The position numbers and the translations under genes are program-made. From Macrostomum lignano (lineage: Eukaryota): a stretch of 64,000 bases of DNA. The stretch covers positions 1 to 64,000 of the forward strand of contig NIVC01002587.1 in NCBI GenBank assembly GCA_002269645.1, written 5' to 3'. Below the pieces are notes generated by a model. It was not told the origin of the DNA, did not search any database, and saw nothing but the letters and a program-made list of their open reading frames with translations. Shown here in pieces: positions 59,201-64,000 of this stretch. The stretch's first letter is position 1, and every line of letters starts with the position of its first letter.

Positions 59201-60536
59201 TACAAAAGGATAAAAATTGCTCAGAGGTTAGATGAAGCCCAGCTCATTCAGTTTGGCCCAGCTGCCAACAAAATGGGCCGTCTCCCGGAAGTTCGTCTCC
59301 CGGCCGTTGCTGCTGCAGATGGAGAGTATCATCTGGTGCAGGCCGCTGCACCGCACTGGGCGCATTTTGTCAGGATCCGGAATTCGGGCTCGTATAATTA
59401 CTGTTTAATCTTTGGTCTTCAGTTCGCCAACAAACTGGACAGTTTTGTGTTGATAGGAAACGACTGCGGCATTTCATTGCAAACTGAAATTGCCGCAGCC
59501 CCCCCGATAATGGACAATTGGATAACTGCAGAGATCCTCCAACCCAAAAACAGCCAGCCGTCTGGATAAATTTATGACGCTTCGAACAACACGACTCTCG
59601 GCCCATTTCCTTCCAGGGATAGTAGGTAGAGCGAGGCGGCGGTTGCCCCCAGCCACAAAACTTTTGTGATGTTCCAAGCATTTAAGCCCCGCGGGCGGTG
59701 CCGGGGGGGGGCTGCTGCCGGTGGATGCGCAGTGCAGTCAGCTAAAAGTGCATCAGATTTGACGCAATCCAAATTTCGACCAGCATCTGGAAAAAGATAG
59801 TTTCTAAATTCGCTGTTCTTCATTTCAAGTCACTGTCGCCTTCCCCGAAGCATTTATTTAGCAGGTGTTTCTCATTTGCGTCATCAGTTGGGAAATTTTT
59901 TGCCAACTCCCGTTGTTGAAAACTCCCGTAAAATACATTTAGAGATTCTCGTTTGCTAATTTTTTATCCAATTTCGGTTGCAATGCTCATTCAATAGCGC
60001 TTAAGTAGTAAATGTGAAGCTAGGCAAGAGTCTGACTCTCGCGCCAAGACCCGCGCCAAGACATTGTGAGAGGATGTCACCAAAAGCCCTCCTGCCCAAA
60101 ACTCATTTGAAAACAATTTTTTTCCAGATTCGACCTGCAATGCGTGCTGCCGATCAACCACTTTGTTGAGAAGGTGTACGTGTTCCTGTGGTTCTGGTTC
60201 ATCATCCTGGGTGTTCTGACCTTTGCCAGCACGCTCTTGTGGGTATTCAAAACGCTGATACCATATAGGCGAGTGGCCTTCATCAAGCAGTACCTGAAGG
60301 CGATGCGGATTCTGTCCAACACTGAGGAGCGCGACTGCAACAGGTTCGTGAACATCAACTTGGGCGCTGATGGCGTCTTCATCCTGCAGGTCGTGTCGAA
60401 CCTGGCCAGCGACCTGATCGCACTAGACGTGGCGTCCACTTTGTGGAAAAACTACAGACAAGCGAAAATCACAGGGACCGAGGAAGATATTAACAGGCTG
60501 TTAGAGTCTGTGAACAGAGGCTCCAGTATAGTATAG
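50050..60536 (+). CDS. inx: Innexin (gap-junction protein), join(50050..50200,56848..57484,60128..60536), 398 aa
   Basis: Spliced protein MDAGLVLKLGRIFKTPYGGHGVDFIDQLNYQFTGGLMIMFIAVIGLRQYV|GKPIQCWVPQEF...NYCWVSNTY...YYQWV...GHFPRVTYCHL...|FDLQCVLPINHFVEKVYVFLWFW. It has the YYQWV signature, two Cys per extracellular loop and four hydrophobic segments. GT..AG introns in phases 1 and 2; 1197 nt = 399 codons. The paralogue cannot be assigned by eye. Confidence 0.96.
50322..50640. repeat. 33-bp minisatellite (GGTTACCGATAGGAATCTGTCAGCATGTCCCTA) in innexin intron 1
   Basis: GTTACCG recurs at 50341, 50374 and onward. Confidence 0.92.
51254..51717. repeat. 93-bp GC-rich tandem repeat x5, near-identical, in innexin intron 1
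   Basis: Units start at 51256, 51349, 51442, 51535 and 51628. Confidence 0.95.
55125..56512. repeat. 31-32-bp minisatellite (CTCCGTCACTCTGCCTTCGGTCTTCTTTTGA) in innexin intron 1
   Basis: Directly visible. Confidence 0.95.
56848..57484 (+). CDS. inx: innexin exon 2 (EL1, TM2, cytoplasmic loop, TM3, most of EL2)
   Basis: Acceptor CAG 56845-56847; GKPIQCWVPQ...YYQWV...FPRVTYC; donor GTAAGT at 57485. Confidence 0.95.
58508..59140. repeat. 23-bp minisatellite (GAGTATAGATCATTGAAACCTAC) in innexin intron 2
   Basis: Directly visible; about 27 units. Confidence 0.95.
60128..60536 (+). CDS. inx: innexin exon 3 (end of EL2, TM4, C-tail)
   Basis: Acceptor TTTTTTCCAG ending 60127; FDLQCVLPINHFVEKVYVFLWFWF...; stop TAG 60534-60536. 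Confidence 0.95.
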
Positions 60537-63500
60537 CGGTCCCCTCTCAGACCCAGATTGGCTTAGCAGTAATGCTTTGTGCGTTCTTCTTTTTTCAGTT
60601 TTTGTGTTTCATAGTATTGTTTTCTAAATTGTTTATTCTTCTTGCGTGCATCTTGTTTTATTTAAAAATAATGCTGATAATATATTTACAACTGTTATAT
60701 TGTCTCGTTCGCCGACCAAATGTGTACATACATTTATATTTATGTGTAATAAGAGTTCAGTTCGCACATTTCACACACTGAGCCGCATTCGTATCGCGTA
60801 GAGTCATATTGCCCCCCCCCTCCCCAAATGTCTAACCCGAGGGTGATATATAGTACCCAGATATGTGCTAAATAGGTAGTACATGTCATCCTTGGTCATA
60901 CCCTAACCATAACTCTAAAATGCAACCCCAACCCCAACCCTAGAAGAAAGAAGCCACTTTATAATTCCAAGCCAACAAGGAATACACCGTACTGAAATTT
61001 GGTTTATCTGACTCAGATAAACAAATGCAGAGGAAATTCAAACTAAATCAGCATGAAAGCAATTATCCACGACTTTTCGCGAAATGAATCACCGGCCCAT
61101 GCCCAGATAAATACTCAAATGCACCCGGATCTCAAGCTGCTAATTAGTTTTGTTGTTTCCCAGCAATTTTCTGATCCAAAAATAGTATTGCTCTTTGTCA
61201 AAGTTTGCAAGTGTTTTTTGCGTCCGTGCCAAAGCAGACGATCGGCGGATGGTCCTTGACACTGTTCTCCAGCCTCTTCCTCGACATCCGCGATCTCTAA
61301 CAGCTGAAAATTCTGATCAAGCGCCATTCATTGATAACCCATTAAGCGTTCAGTTTTACAAACAAAACCCTGCACGAAAATAGGAACTTTTTTCTAAATT
61401 GTCTACTTAAAGTAGCATAGAGCGCGTTTTAAAAAAATTCGTAATATTAAATTAGTCACAGTTTCTTTTAATTTAGCATTGGTTATGTGCATTTCTTCAA
61501 TATTAATCCACTCTGAAATAGAATAAAGAAGCATGTAAGAATCTGTTCAAGTTATGCCAATTTTAACCAGCCTCTAGATACAAAGATGACAAACAGATCA
61601 ATATCTAACTGTGTTTCAATGCGTCGACCTGTGCCTGCTAAACTAAACTGTATTTTACTTGAGCACGCCTCTTATCTGCTGTTCTCAATGAAGTCCATAG
61701 CAAAGAGTTAATTGATTTTGTTTAACCAGTATTCTGCACCTGCTGCACAACTGTCTGATATTCTAAGCCTCCATTCTGCATCCATTTTTTTATCTTTACA
61801 AAAGAAGTGAAGTCGCGACAAGGGGGGGTGGCTGCATCAAAGCGTTCGTCCAGTTGCTCCTCTGCTGTCGCGAATTACCCTCAGCACGAAATTTGGTCTT
61901 GCAACAAAGTTTAATATTTGAATGCTATAGATACTACTACTTACTACTGCTACACCTACAATTGACTCCGTTCTGATGCTTGTGCTTTAGCAATATTTTG
62001 TTAGTCATCCACGCAATCATTGGACACCTTTATTTTCACACAGGCTGACCAGCTAAACCCTATGATAGCGAAATTTTCACCATTCACATGTTTGCTAATC
62101 AAATTTTAACTAAAATGTTTTGTTTTAACTTTTTTATAATTCAGTTAGTCATGGAGAGTTAATTAAAGTTTGTCCTGCATGACAGTCCTTAAATATTGTT
62201 AAACTTTAATATGATATTATTTTTCATCCATCATTGCAGATAAAAGTGTGTGTCGCAGAAGTGTTTTGGTCCAATTGTGCTGCCGTGTCTCATTTCCTAT
62301 AAATACAGAGCATACAGAACCCGACACTTACTTTTACTTGTTCGATATTCGCGCCCTCTTTTGTGCTTTGTCAATTTTGAAGAGACAATTTAGGAGACAC
62401 TCAAATTCCCAGCTGAAATTCACTGCGAATTTGTGAGCAGGTAACCCTGACTGTCTCGCCGTATTCGATCGATACGAGGTAGCTGTCTGCTAGGCTCAAA
62501 ACGCAACTGAAGTTGCTACACGCAGGGTTGCGAAAGTAAAAATGAGTTGCCTTTTAATTGATGGATCCATTGCGTCCTTTTACTATCGCGCAACGCGCAA
62601 CTGATTCTCAGTGGCCCTGTACTGCCGTGTCCCTCGGCAAGAATCCGGAAAAGTTCCGGAAAAGAGACCGGCATGAAAGAAACTAACCCATCTATCGACC
62701 CATAGCTATAATATACCCTGCATTGATTGGGAAGTGCTGAAAAGTAGGCTGAGCGATGAAGCGGTCGGGAGCCTGAGCACTACTCATTACAGTGATTTTT
62801 CCCGTTGAAACTCATTCACTCAATCTGCTGTGCTGAGAATTCACGCACTGCCCTCTAAGCCTCTTTGCGTGGAATACTTGATGGCGAGTTAGCTAGTAGC
62901 AATCTAAAACTTGCGATACAGACTACTGCGATACGGTAATGGGCTCAGTAGCAGTCTCTGGCTAATCCGCAGTCTCCCCCGCCTCTCCCACCCATCGCCC
63001 TCTCTCCCTCCCTCTCTCTCTCTCTCTCTCTGTCTCTCCGGTTTTCTCAACGGCGACATTTTTTCCCAAGCCCAGCAACCAACCAGGAACCAGGACACGC
63101 CGCAACCCTTCGCTCTCTCCTTCGTGAGTCGCAGTCATTTGCGCAGCCTCCTGCTTCGCCAGGTCTCGCACACAAAAGCTCACGCATCTGCGCCTCCTCC
63201 GCCCCTCTCCGCCAGTCCCCTGCCGATCGCTCTTCCTGTCTGCCTCCTACTGCTCCCCCCGCTCTATTGTTAATCCATAATCATTTATTGTCCCGCCTAC
63301 CCCGCAGAGCATTTCCCGTACTCTCCCGTAGCCAACGCCGTCCAAATCAGAGGAAATCTAAGCGGCTGCTCCCCCCTTCTAGCAGTACCTTCAGTAGCAG
63401 TTCCCTTTTCCTGCATCTCCCTCTCCTCCCTAGCCTCTCTCGGCCGTTCCACCTCCATCTGTTTGATAATTTATGATGCCCCGGATTGCCGGACCGGGCC

Positions 63501-63967
63501 CGGCGCGCTACAACAATAATCGTCGCTCCCGGAGTCTGCTCAAGCCAGAAGAAGAAGCGGCTCCCCTCTCCGGTCAGCTTTGCCGTCCATTGCCAAACCT
63601 GCAGTGCTGAAACCTGCAGTTTGTGATTGCAGAGCAACTGGGAATGCAGAATTAGGAGATTCCCTCGTGAGCGATCAAGTCGCTCTGCTCTTTGAAACAG
63701 ATCACGAAGAGTCGGTAGCTTCGCTATAGAAATTATTGCTCAGCCGACAACATTCCACCGCAGCGGCAAACAGGGTCGACTTTGTCAGTTGACACAGGTT
63801 TACAGATAACAAGCGCCAAAGTGGCATTTCAAAAGACAGGTAGGTGGCAAGTAGTTGCCTGCTCCTTGACGCCTTTTAGAAGCGGGCAAGCCGCATCCTA
63901 ATCAAAACTCTAACCCCACAACAATGGCATCTTATTGAAGCAGAAAAATTCGTGCCATAAACCCAAG

Positions 63968-64000
63968 TCTAGCCATGACTCTAGCCATGACTCTAGCCAT
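63968..64000. repeat. 12-bp repeat (CTAGCCATGACT), truncated by the window edge
   Basis: About 3 units visible. Confidence 0.6.

Noticed and set aside
60895-60945. Telomere-like CCCTAA/CCCCAA run
   Set aside because: Only a few degenerate units; too short to support a call.

Overview
Eukaryotic (invertebrate metazoan) genomic window with two spliced protein-coding genes on the + strand. One is a 4-exon Hippo/MST1-2 (STK3/4) kinase (9248-13291, 515 aa, kinase plus SARAH domain). The other is a 3-exon innexin (50050-60536, 398 aa). Upstream of hippo is an AT-rich, CpG-poor transposon cluster: a non-autonomous hAT element (13-bp TIRs, 8-bp TSD) with a nested TIR element (TTCA TSD), and a dead mariner (TA TSD). 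The mariner's three catalytic Asp codons all read Asn, and a SINE sits inside its right TIR. There are three full-length tRNA-derived SINEs with 12-13 bp TSDs, plus older relatives that share the body but have a different tRNA-like head. More than 20 distinct mini/microsatellite arrays (units 4-93 bp) occur every 2-3 kb, fill all three hippo introns, and account for nearly all the long ORFs in the ORF track. Several arrays are multimers of recognisable transcription-factor motifs (RFX X-box, YY1/Pho, TEAD core). The composition and repeat style suggest a free-living flatworm such as Macrostomum, which is an inference. No prokaryote-type system (CRISPR, operon) is present, and I found no novel system I can firmly support. 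The best leads are the CpG-decay domain and the motif-bearing arrays.
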